NCBI GenBank assembly: GCA_002404755.1
Contig: DHKI01000014.1
Coordinates: 4,056 to 68,055 of the forward strand
Reading direction: 5' to 3'
Origin: Clostridiales bacterium UBA4698
Lineage (GTDB): Bacteria > Bacillota > Clostridia > TANB77 > UBA1234
Length of the DNA stretch: 64,000 bases
How positions within the stretch are numbered: the first letter of the stretch is position 1; the number at the start of each line of letters is the position of its first letter. The translations under genes were made by a program, and so were the position numbers. Of the stretch, positions 10,303 through 18,340 are shown piece after piece. The notes under the pieces were generated by a model, which was given only the letters and a program-made list of their open reading frames with translations, was not told the DNA's origin and ran no database searches.

Positions 10303-11685
10303 ATGAAAAAAGGAAGATTATATAATAGACAAGAAATAGAACTTATTTCTAAATCTGTAATAGGAAAATCTGTAAATGATATTTTAAATGAAGAGAGTAT
10401 CACTATTGAAGATAAAGAAGCAAATAAAGGTGGACTAGGTCAATTAATTGAAAAATACTTATTTGGCATGGATAACAATAGTGATTCCGAACCCGATTTT
10501 ATGCCAGCTGGTATAGAATTAAAAGTAACACCTTATAAAAAAATTAAAGATGGCAAATTATCTGCTAAGGAAAGACTAGTCTTAAACATTATCGATTATA
10601 TGACAGAATATAAAAACACATTTAAAAATAGTCATTTTTGGTATAAAAATAATAAAATTCAATTATTATGGTATTTATGGGAGGCGAATAAGGATAAAAA
10701 AGATTTAATCATAACACATGAGAAGTTATTAGAATTAGAAAAATATGAAGACTTAAAACAAATTGAAGAGGATTGGAACTTTATTATTAATAAAATTCGT
10801 GAAGGAAAGGCACATGAGATTTCTGAAGCCGATACAATGTATTTAGGTGCGTGTCCTAAAGGAGCTAGTGCATTATCTACAAGAGAACAACCATTTAGTG
10901 ATATTCCATCAATGCAAAGGGCATTTTGTTTTAAAAATTCATATATGACTCAACTTGTTAGAAAATATATTGGAGACTATTCTAACGTTGAAAAAGTATT
11001 AAAAGGAACAAATGACACATTTAACGAATTTGTGTTTAACATTATTGATAAGTACAAGGGCAAATCTCAAAACGAGTTAATGAAGGAATTTAATATTGAC
11101 ACGAAAGCAAAAAATATTAATAGTATGCTGATAAGTAGAATGTTTAATGTAAAAAGTAAATTATCTGAGACTGAGGAATTTCAAAAAGCAAAAATCATTC
11201 CTAAGACTGTTAGAATTGAAGAAAATGGTAAAATAAAAGAATCAATCTCCTTTCCATACTTTAAGTATACAGAAATAATTAAGCAAGACTGGGAAAATAG
11301 TGATTTGAGAGAAGAACTTGAAACTACTAAATATATGTTCTTCGTATTTAAAATGGAAAATGGTGAGTATGTATTTAAAGGTATAAAATTATGGAATATG
11401 CCTGAAATCGATATTGAAACATCAGTTATGGAAATGTGGAAAAAAACATATAACACTATTAAAACTGGTAATATAGTAAAATCTATTGAAAATGGAATTA
11501 GAAAAACTAATTTCGTTGGAATGAGTGAAAATAGTGTTTGCCATGTTAGACCACATGGTAGAAACGCTAATGATGTTTGCAAATTACCCGTTGCTGATAA
11601 ATTAACTGGTGCAACTGAGTACACTAAGCATTGTTTTTGGATTAACAACAATTATATAAGAAAGATACTTAATGAATATATATAA
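10303..11685 (+). CDS. Type II restriction endonuclease, MutH/Sau3AI family (probable GATC specificity)
   Basis: The N-terminal D..E-x-K core (EPDFMPAGIELKVTP) is followed by KERLVLNII. REGKAHEIS, CHVRPHG and FWINNNYI match Sau3AI as I recall its sequence. It is divergent from the C5 MTase. Confidence 0.8.
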   Translation: MKKGRLYNRQEIELISKSVIGKSVNDILNEESITIEDKEANKGGLGQLIEKYLFGMDNNSDSEPDFMPAGIELKVTPYKKIKDGKLSAKERLVLNIIDYMTEYKNTFKNSHFWYKNNKIQLLWYLWEANKDKKDLIITHEKLLELEKYEDLKQIEEDWNFIINKIREGKAHEISEADTMYLGACPKGASALSTREQPFSDIPSMQRAFCFKNSYMTQLVRKYIGDYSNVEKVLKGTNDTFNEFVFNIIDKYKGKSQNELMKEFNIDTKAKNINSMLISRMFNVKSKLSETEEFQKAKIIPKTVRIEENGKIKESISFPYFKYTEIIKQDWENSDLREELETTKYMFFVFKMENGEYVFKGIKLWNMPEIDIETSVMEMWKKTYNTIKTGNIVKSIENGIRKTNFVGMSENSVCHVRPHGRNANDVCKLPVADKLTGATEYTKHCFWINNNYIRKILNEYI

Positions 11686-11698
11686 TTGATATAATTAG

Positions 11699-11740
11699 AA
11701 AAAGATGATTATTATAGCTAAAAATCATCTTTTTCTTTTA
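11699..11740 (+). terminator. Terminator after the restriction gene
   Basis: aaagatgatt (11701-10) pairs with aatcatcttt (11723-32), followed by a T-rich run. Confidence 0.55.
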
Positions 11741-11816
11741 TGTTATTTATATAACATGAAAATCATTCTTTCGAATAATTCGTATATGCAAGTTCGAATT
11801 ACTCGAACAAATTCAT

Positions 11817-11868
11817 CATTGGAGCCAATAGCCGGAATCGAACCGGCGACCTACTGATTACGAATCAG
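11817..11868 (-). repeat. attL: displaced 3' portion of tRNA-Thr (52-nt direct repeat)
   Basis: Identical to 20559..20610. It covers the tRNA 3' end through the anticodon loop, and identity stops at 11869. Confidence 0.85.
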
Positions 11869-11888
11869 CGAAGTTTTAGAAATGAACA

Positions 11889-12059
11889 TTAGGTCCAGTA
11901 ATCGTTTATGTCTATTATTTCTATTTTTATTTTATAATTAGGATATTTTTTTGAGTAAAAAGGTTCTAGAAATCTCATGAAGCCTTCTTCATTTAGGTCG
12001 TTTTGACTTTCTACAGTTTCAAGAATTTTTTCTCCAGCTTTTATAATAATTTTACACAT
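11889..12059 (-). CDS. Hypothetical 56-aa protein at the prophage left end
   Basis: Hand-translated as MCKIIIKAGEKILETVESQNDLNEEGFMRFLEPFYSKKYPNYKIKIEIIDINDYWT. It has an AAAGGAGA RBS. It falls below the ORF-track size cut-off. Confidence 0.35.
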   Translation of the reverse strand: MCKIIIKAGEKILETVESQNDLNEEGFMRFLEPFYSKKYPNYKIKIEIIDINDYWT

Positions 12060-12140
12060 TTTTAATTTCTCCTTTACTTTTTTATTGTTTGATGTTAATA
12101 TTTAGTTATTGGAGGGAGATTGACTCCCTCCAGATTAACT

Positions 12141-12245
12141 TTAGAATGAATTGTGAAGTTCCATAATGTTGTTCCAAAGTTTGCGTTTTTTAGTTCTTAG
12201 CTTCCAGATAGCTAGGAACTTTTTTATTTTTTTGAATATTTTCAT
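12141..12245 (-). CDS. Hypothetical 34-aa basic peptide
   Basis: Sequence MKIFKKIKKFLAIWKLRTKKRKLWNNIMELHNSF with a GGGAGG RBS. It is followed by the hairpin ggaggga..tccctcc (12111-12131). Confidence 0.2.
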   Translation of the reverse strand: MKIFKKIKKFLAIWKLRTKKRKLWNNIMELHNSF

Positions 12246-12289
12246 ATTTTAACCTCCCTTCATTTAGATTTTTTGGTCAGCTTCGCACA

Positions 12290-12860
12290 AATTAAAGAGA
12301 ATACTAGAACGGCATCTCGTTAATTTTCAGATGCATATTGCCCCGAAATTAAGAGCTACGAAGCCCTACCCTGTCCCCCCAAAATGGAATAACAGGTGTA
12401 AGCACTATCGTGCTTACACCTGTTACTTTTAAAAAGAGAAAACTTAAACCATATGTCAATGTGCCCCGCTAAAGCGGGGTGTCGGAAGATTTTTTTATTG
12501 GGCGGGCTGTGCTCGCACGATAAAAAAATACGCAACAATTGACATATGGCCTCTCGCTCCCGGGTAGTAGAGAGCCTGACAAACTAACAACAAACAAAAA
12601 TAGCAGTACTACTAACTAGCACCGCTACAAAGAAACTAATTTTAGCCGATGTCCCCCGGTTTGTTACTGCACGCCCCCCCACGCCGAGCACGGAGTAAGG
12701 ATATGGAGATAGTGAAATTATTCGTTTCCCAATAGAATTACCCATATTCGAATAATGGAACGGTCGGAATATCCTTACTTTGTGCCCCCCTGAGACAACT
12801 AGGAAGGTAATATATTAGGAAACCAAGGTGGTGTCCTTACAAACATTAAATAATATTCAT
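12290..12860. other. G+C-enriched, highly structured non-coding block (phage origin/packaging region or a large ncRNA)
   Basis: It contains nested perfect hairpins, listed in the findings, and no ORF with an RBS. The composition differs clearly from the AT-rich flanks. Confidence 0.45.
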
Positions 12861-12951
12861 ATATTTATTTTTACATCGGCGAACTTTATATATAAACTTT
12901 ATAATATTATCTTGAAAATCAATTACCTTATATTTTAACTTGAAGATTATT

Positions 12952-13182
12952 TTATAACTGTTTCTTTGTTCTTGGATATGGTTTCATTTCATCGGTTAAT
13001 CCTAGTATATAATCTACACTCACATTGTAAAAAGTAGATAAATTTATTAGTACAGTTGTTGGAATATCATTTTTTCCTATTTCGTATTGATTGTATCCAG
13101 TTTGTGACATATTTAGAATTTGTCCAACTTGTTTTTGTGTTAAGTCCTTATCTTCTCTTAGTTCTCTAATTCTTTTATACAT
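12952..13182 (-). CDS. XRE-family HTH repressor (Cro/CI-like)
   Basis: LTQKQVGQILNMSQTGYNQYEIGKN is a typical HTH_3 segment. It is divergent from the phage + strand genes. Confidence 0.85.
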   Translation of the reverse strand: MYKRIRELREDKDLTQKQVGQILNMSQTGYNQYEIGKNDIPTTVLINLSTFYNVSVDYILGLTDEMKPYPRTKKQL

Positions 13183-13215
13183 AAACATGCCCCCCTTTGC
13201 GAAAAATTATACGAT

Positions 13216-13288
13216 AACTTAAAATAAGTTGTTGACATTAAACTTAAAATAAGTTAAATTTAAAGTGTACCTTAACTTAAATTAAGTT
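13216..13288 (+). promoter_or_regulatory. Switch region with three palindromic operators and a sigma-A-like promoter
   Basis: AACTTAAAATAAGTT occurs at 13216-30 and 13241-55, and AACTTAAATTAAGTT at 13274-88. TTGACA (13232-37) is followed by a 17-nt spacer and TAAATT (13255-60). Confidence 0.6.
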
Positions 13289-13422
13289 AGGCTACACGCA
13301 TTGAAAAAGACTAACTATCAACACTTATTTTTTTCATGCATGCTTCCAAAGCCCAGATAGCAAAAGGCGCGCTTGTCTATCTGGAAATGGAAACAATTTT
13401 AAATTATAAGGAGGTGTTATAT

Positions 13423-13740
13423 ATGTTTACAGCTAAGAAGCAAGAAGCATATTTAAAAGGTTTTAAAATCGTAGAACCTGGAACATTTAAAAGTAAAGAT
13501 GATGGACATGAAGTTGCTTATGATGGATATAGAGCAGTTATATTGTGTTTAAATAATAAAAATGGCGAATTAATTGATTGCCCTTGTAGAATTCCAAATG
13601 TTCCGCAAGGCGAAGAAATATACGTAAAATTAAGAAATTTGCCTATCATGACTAAAATTTCAACAGATATTGAAATTCAATTCGGAAAAGATGGCAAATC
13701 ACCAAAGTATTTTATAACAGGTTTTGAAGTTGCTAAATAA
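13423..13740 (+). CDS. Hypothetical 105-aa protein; size and position are compatible with a gpV-like ssDNA-binding protein
   Basis: AAGGAGG RBS. It is the first gene of the rightward operon. The assignment rests only on size and position. Confidence 0.35.
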   Translation: MFTAKKQEAYLKGFKIVEPGTFKSKDDGHEVAYDGYRAVILCLNNKNGELIDCPCRIPNVPQGEEIYVKLRNLPIMTKISTDIEIQFGKDGKSPKYFITGFEVAK

Positions 13741-13846
13741 CGATATAAATTAGCGAAAGCTATTTATATAAAATTTACTAAAGATAAGTATATAAATGAG
13801 GGTCCCCCCTTTTTATATAAATATACTAAAGAAAGGAGTTTTGCAC

Positions 13847-14140
13847 ATGTCTAAACTAAAAGAATTACTAAAGAATAAGAAAATGTTTGTATGTATGGCT
13901 ATGATGTGCTTATGTTTGGCATTAGGTTCTATCGCTTTTGCTGGTAGTGGTGAATCTGCTGCATCAAATCTTGATTTTTCTGTTGTAACTAATGCTTTAA
14001 CTGCAGCCGTTACACCTGCTGACATATTAACAATCATTTCTAAAGTAATTGTAATTGGTATACCATTTGTTCTTGCATGGTTTGGTTTCAGATTTTTGTG
14101 GAGCAAATTCAGAGGTGCAGTTACTCGTGGAAAGATGTAG
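13847..14140 (+). CDS. Major coat protein candidate (pVIII-like)
   Basis: The signal peptide ends in AFA|GSGE. The mature ~65-aa part has an acidic N-terminus, one TM helix (IISKVIVIGIPFVLAWFGF) and a basic tail (RFLWSKFRGAVTRGKM). Confidence 0.6.
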   Translation: MSKLKELLKNKKMFVCMAMMCLCLALGSIAFAGSGESAASNLDFSVVTNALTAAVTPADILTIISKVIVIGIPFVLAWFGFRFLWSKFRGAVTRGKM

Positions 14141-14146
14141 GCTTAT

Positions 14147-14170
14147 GGGGGGATAACTCCCCCCTTTCCT
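14147..14170 (+). terminator. G6/C6 hairpin after the coat gene
   Basis: GGGGGG (14147-52), loop ataact, CCCCCC (14159-64), followed by ttt. Confidence 0.45.
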
Positions 14171-14188
14171 ATATTTTAGGAGGTTAAT

Positions 14189-14935
14189 ATGGCAGATTAT
14201 TTAAAGGGTTCAATAAATCCTAAAAACCTTGTAGATACTGCTAAATATAATATTGAATTTAGAAAATCACATCCAGATTATTTTTATCCAGAAGGTTTAA
14301 TATCTTTTTGTGGTTCTCAAGGTTCAGGGAAAACTTTATCGGCTGTGCAATACATCATAAAGATTTTAAAAGATTATCCTAAAGCTGTTTTGGTTACTAA
14401 TGTTCATATAGATGGTATTAAAAATCAAGTCGTGGAGTATTCTTCACTTCAAGAACTTATAAATCTATTTGATTTGGTGCATAACGGCGAATATGGGGTT
14501 ATTTATTTTATTGATGAAATACAAGTATTATTCAATGCTTTGCTTAGACGTAATTTAGATGTTAGGACATTAGAAACTATTTCACAACAACGTAAGCAAA
14601 GGAAACATATAATTGGAACCGCTCAAATATTCGCAAAAATCGATAAGATTTTTAGGGAACAAATGCAAGGTGTTGTACTTTGTAACAAGTTTTTAAATTG
14701 CATTCAATATAATCAACGTATAGATGGTCAAAAGGTTGTTGAAGTAGATGGAAAGCTTAAGTACGATGTCGAACGTAATTATATATGGTTCCATAGTCCA
14801 AAACTTTATAATTTGTATGACACTTCAAAAATTATTTCTGCTTATAAAAAAGAGTATGAAAATAATGCTTTTGATATGTCTGCACTTGAAAAAGTTTTGA
14901 AAGAAATTAACGAAGGGGGTACATGTAATGCCTGA
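14189..14935 (+). CDS. Zot/pI-like morphogenesis P-loop ATPase
   Basis: Walker A CGSQGSGKTLS and Walker B VIYFIDEIQ. 248 aa with no TM segment of its own. Confidence 0.65.
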   Translation: MADYLKGSINPKNLVDTAKYNIEFRKSHPDYFYPEGLISFCGSQGSGKTLSAVQYIIKILKDYPKAVLVTNVHIDGIKNQVVEYSSLQELINLFDLVHNGEYGVIYFIDEIQVLFNALLRRNLDVRTLETISQQRKQRKHIIGTAQIFAKIDKIFREQMQGVVLCNKFLNCIQYNQRIDGQKVVEVDGKLKYDVERNYIWFHSPKLYNLYDTSKIISAYKKEYENNAFDMSALEKVLKEINEGGTCNA

Positions 14936-15077
14936 TATAGATTATCAAGAATTATTGGTTTTGATTGCTAGTATAATTAAAATTGCTTTACCTTTTGGTG
15001 TTATTACTGGTTTTGTAGAATGGGCAGTAACATTTTTCTTAAAATGTGTATTCCCTAGAAGATTTAAGGGGGATTGA
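14928..15077 (+). CDS. 49-aa membrane peptide overlapping the ATPase stop codon
   Basis: Sequence MPDIDYQELLVLIASIIKIALPFGVITGFVEWAVTFFLKCVFPRRFKGD. Its ATG lies within the last codons of the ATPase gene. Confidence 0.4.
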   Translation: MPDIDYQELLVLIASIIKIALPFGVITGFVEWAVTFFLKCVFPRRFKGD

Positions 15078-15079
15078 TT

Positions 15080-15262
15080 ATGCCAGTAGACAATTATGAA
15101 ACTTTAGTTAGTGAAGTTTCTAGTACAAATGAATTATTAGAAGAACAGAATATAAAAATTGACAATTTTAACTCTACAGTTTCAATTTTATTATTTGCTG
15201 TTCTTTTTTTTAAAGCTGGAGAGTTTATTCATAGGATTTTTGTTCGTTTTTATAAGTATTAG
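15080..15262 (+). CDS. 60-aa protein with a C-terminal TM segment (minor-coat-like size)
   Basis: MPVDNYETL...VSILLFAVLFFKAGEFI. It is tightly packed with its neighbours. Confidence 0.4.
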   Translation: MPVDNYETLVSEVSSTNELLEEQNIKIDNFNSTVSILLFAVLFFKAGEFIHRIFVRFYKY

Positions 15263-15271
15263 GAGGTTTTT

Positions 15272-15442
15272 ATGAAAAGAGATTGTTTTGCATATGTTAG
15301 CGATAAAAAATGTAATGCTTTATATGAAACTAATTGTTGTATCTGCAATTTTTATAAACCTAAAAAGAAATATTTAGAAGAGTTATCAAAATTGACAGAA
15401 TATTCCCCATTAAAAGGTGGTAATAGGCATTTAGGACGTTAG
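15272..15442 (+). CDS. 56-aa Cys-rich protein
   Basis: Sequence MKRDCFAYVSDKKCNALYETNCCICNFYKPKKKYLEEL... with an AGGAGG RBS. Confidence 0.4.
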   Translation: MKRDCFAYVSDKKCNALYETNCCICNFYKPKKKYLEELSKLTEYSPLKGGNRHLGR

Positions 15443-15457
15443 GTGGTGTTTATACTA

Positions 15458-17443
15458 ATGAAGAAATTTATATATACATTTTTAATTGCATTAAGCTTGC
15501 TAGGAATAACAAGTTGTTGTTTTGCCTCTGCTAATTGGGGTGTTTATGATTTAGAGAAGTTTTTAAGTTGTTATGGCTATGATTTTGATTTTGCTAATGC
15601 AAATTATACGAATAATTATAAATATTCAAATTTGCAGTCTAATATAAGTAGGTCTGACTATCCGTTAATAGTTTTTGATATGAGAAATGGTGGAAGTTTT
15701 TATCCTTCTAACAACTCTGTACCTTGTGATTTTGTTTTTTTTAATGCTTATAATGCTGTTTCATCATCTAGTAAACTTATTTTAACTAAAAATGCTTCTG
15801 GAGATTATTTTTATTATTTTGGTTATGGTTCATATGGTTATGCTGTAGATATCGATAATAATACTGTTTATTGTTCTTTTAATGCCTATTATACAAATGA
15901 TTATTGGAACGAAAGAAATTTAAAGGTTTCCCATGAAGAATTTGTTTCAACTGCCTTTCAAGAATATTTAATAAAAAGATATGGTTTAATTTACACAGAG
16001 ACAACAATTTATGCTAATGATGGTAAGACTCCTCTTATTGTTCCACAAGGTGGGGAAATAAAACAATCTTCTTTTAATGATGTTGCTTATAAAGGCAAAA
16101 TCACTTATGGTGCCACAACAGAAACTACTAATATAACTTATACTAGTGGTTTTACTGCTGATACTAATTATGATTTGTTTTTAGAAGTTTATAAACTTGG
16201 TGATAGTTACGATAACGGTATAACTGCTTATCCTGTGGATACTATCGATTTAGGTACTGTATCTACTTCTGTTACTAGTAAAAAAATAGATATAAAGAAG
16301 GCTTCAAGTAGTTCTTTTTATGTTTATAAACTGTGTGTAGGTAAAAATAATTTTGACACTTCTGGTACTAATGATGTTTATTTATCTACTAAATGGTTAT
16401 TATTCAATGATAATATTGTAAGAAGATATAAAGATTTCTCTCGATGTCATACTATGCGATTTTTAAGTTTGATTGCTTATGATTATGGTTATAACTATGA
16501 CGATGAAGATACTTCAGATGTTCCTGGTTCTGATACTGAATATTTTTTCAATTATCCTTATGTTATTTCTTCACCTGGTGGACGTTGGAGTGGAGATAAC
16601 TTATCATTTAAAATTGGTTATAAATTTGAAGAATTTGGTGTCGATATTGATACTTGCTATTTGTATTTTGAAAAGTATGGTATAAATGGCTCTGGTGAGC
16701 TCTTTTTAATAGATACTTTAACGATACGTCCTTTTGATACTAAATATTATAATTTTGATGAATTTTATTATGAGTTTGATGTTTTAGATTTTGATAATTC
16801 TTCTGCTCCGTTTTTTAAATGTGATGAAGGTGTATCTTATTGTTATATTCCATATTTAAGAAGTAATTATGGTAGTGGATTATATCCAGAATATTCTTAT
16901 AAATGTATTTATTTTTATACTAATGAATTTGCTTTTAATATGGCAACTTTTGACGATATTATTACAAAGGACGATAAAGATGGCTTTGTTAGTAAATTAT
17001 TAAATGTATTCAAAGGGTGTTTTATTCCTTCTTCTGAATTTATGACATCATACTGGAATGAATTGTATTTGTTTTTTAAAGTTAAACTAGGGTTTTTATG
17101 GGATTTGGTAATGTTTTTTCCAGAATTAATAAATAATATTATTTCTGTTTTAAAAGCAGAATTATTACTAACTTCATTTACAACTCCAGAGCTTAGTATC
17201 CCTACTTTTATGGGTGATGGTAGTGAGGTTGTTATACTAGAAAGTATTACTTTTTCACCATATGAATACTGGGGGCAAAGTAAAGTTTTTGCTGATTTAT
17301 ATACGTTATATTTAAATTTAATGGACTTTTTAGTCTTTTTTGCATTGTTTAATTATGGACTTGTAGTTGTTGCTAAAATTTTAGGTTTTTGGGTTCCTGA
17401 AGCAAGTAGTGATAGTTCTAAAAAATCTACAAAAAAGGAGTGA
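15458..17443 (+). CDS. Large secreted, C-terminally anchored protein (pIII-like adsorption protein candidate)
   Basis: N-terminal signal peptide (LLGITSCCFA). The protein is rich in Tyr, Asn and Phe. It has hydrophobic helices near the C-terminus and a short basic end. Confidence 0.5.
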   Translation: MKKFIYTFLIALSLLGITSCCFASANWGVYDLEKFLSCYGYDFDFANANYTNNYKYSNLQSNISRSDYPLIVFDMRNGGSFYPSNNSVPCDFVFFNAYNAVSSSSKLILTKNASGDYFYYFGYGSYGYAVDIDNNTVYCSFNAYYTNDYWNERNLKVSHEEFVSTAFQEYLIKRYGLIYTETTIYANDGKTPLIVPQGGEIKQSSFNDVAYKGKITYGATTETTNITYTSGFTADTNYDLFLEVYKLGDSYDNGITAYPVDTIDLGTVSTSVTSKKIDIKKASSSSFYVYKLCVGKNNFDTSGTNDVYLSTKWLLFNDNIVRRYKDFSRCHTMRFLSLIAYDYGYNYDDEDTSDVPGSDTEYFFNYPYVISSPGGRWSGDNLSFKIGYKFEEFGVDIDTCYLYFEKYGINGSGELFLIDTLTIRPFDTKYYNFDEFYYEFDVLDFDNSSAPFFKCDEGVSYCYIPYLRSNYGSGLYPEYSYKCIYFYTNEFAFNMATFDDIITKDDKDGFVSKLLNVFKGCFIPSSEFMTSYWNELYLFFKVKLGFLWDLVMFFPELINNIISVLKAELLLTSFTTPELSIPTFMGDGSEVVILESITFSPYEYWGQSKVFADLYTLYLNLMDFLVFFALFNYGLVVVAKILGFWVPEASSDSSKKSTKKE

Positions 17444-17447
17444 TTGT

Positions 17448-17720
17448 ATGGTTGTTTCTGGTATTTTAATAATTTTTGGTAAATTGCTCGAAGGCATGTT
17501 TTCAATTCTTCCAGCATTACCTCAAGTCGCTTGGCTTTCTACGATATTAACTTTTTTTAATAGTACTATTTGTAAAGGTATTCCTCTACTTTGTTTTTTT
17601 ATAAGACCAGAAACCTTAATTATAGGTTTTAGTACTGCGTCTGTTTTGTTTGTATTTCAATATACATATTTTTTAATTTTATGGGTAGCTAAAAAGCTTC
17701 CTGTTGTTAATATAAAATAG
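17448..17720 (+). CDS. 90-aa polytopic membrane protein (pVI-like size)
   Basis: MVVSGILIIFGKLLEGMF... contains several hydrophobic helices. It starts 5 nt after the preceding stop. Confidence 0.45.
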   Translation: MVVSGILIIFGKLLEGMFSILPALPQVAWLSTILTFFNSTICKGIPLLCFFIRPETLIIGFSTASVLFVFQYTYFLILWVAKKLPVVNIK

Positions 17721-17784
17721 CAACTTTGCGGTAGTGCCAGCTTGCTGGCACTGCAGCAAAGTGCGTTTAAAGGAAGGTGTTTTA

Positions 17785-18057
17785 ATGGAAATAATAGAAT
17801 TGTTAAATTTTTTATGGGATATAATTGTTGGACTGGTTTTTATTTATATAATGGTTAATATTACTGATGCTTTTATAGATAATCTTATGGCTGAAAGAGA
17901 TTTAAAAGATGCAAAAGCTAGTTTAATTCGTAAGAAAACATGGTTAGAAAGTAGAAAAATAGACTTAATTGAAAATATTATAAATAATTCGTCTAATTTA
18001 GATATAAATTTTAATGTTAATTTTAATGATGATTTAGATGATGAATATGAAGAATAA
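17785..18057 (+). CDS. 90-aa N-terminally anchored protein with an acidic tail
   Basis: MEIIELLNFLWDIIVGLVFIYIMV... ends in ...DDLDDEYEE. AAGGAAGG RBS. Confidence 0.4.
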   Translation: MEIIELLNFLWDIIVGLVFIYIMVNITDAFIDNLMAERDLKDAKASLIRKKTWLESRKIDLIENIINNSSNLDINFNVNFNDDLDDEYEE

Positions 18058-18172
18058 AAGTTTTAGTTCGCAAGATATAAAAACTTTAAAAAAGATTTAT
18101 GAGTTTTTGTTATCTAAAAATAAATTTGAATTTGCATCTTTAATAATGGATATTATACTTGATGCTGATTAA
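18047..18172 (+). CDS. Possible 41-aa ORF
   Basis: MKNKSFSSQDIKTLKKIYEFLLSKNKFEFASLIMDIILDAD overlaps the preceding stop codon. No clear RBS. Confidence 0.2.
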   Translation: MKNKSFSSQDIKTLKKIYEFLLSKNKFEFASLIMDIILDAD

Positions 18173-18220
18173 CATAATTTTTTAAAAGGTGTGATTTTTG
18201 ATGGTTTACCATAATTTTTA

Positions 18221-18250
18221 CTCGCCGGTCCCCCAGTAACACCCGGCGAG
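18221..18250 (+). promoter_or_regulatory. GC-rich hairpin upstream of rep (candidate double-strand origin or nick site)
   Basis: ctcgccgg (18221-28) pairs with ccggcgag (18243-50). The 14-nt loop tcccccagtaacac carries part of the GTCCCCC motif. Confidence 0.4.
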
Positions 18251-18340
18251 TGTCCCGATTTAGGGAATTTTCGTTTACATAATGCAAAATTTATACTTGC
18301 ATTATAATTTACATAATTAGAAAAAGCGAGGTAATTTTTT

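Noticed and set aside
12356-12538. 60-aa ORF inside the structured prophage block.
   Set aside because: It has no RBS and runs straight through several perfect hairpins. The region is better explained as structured nucleic acid.
13813-14106. 97-aa ORF antisense to the coat-protein candidate.
   Set aside because: The sense-strand product has a coherent signal peptide, TM helix and basic tail together with an RBS. The antisense ORF has none of these.
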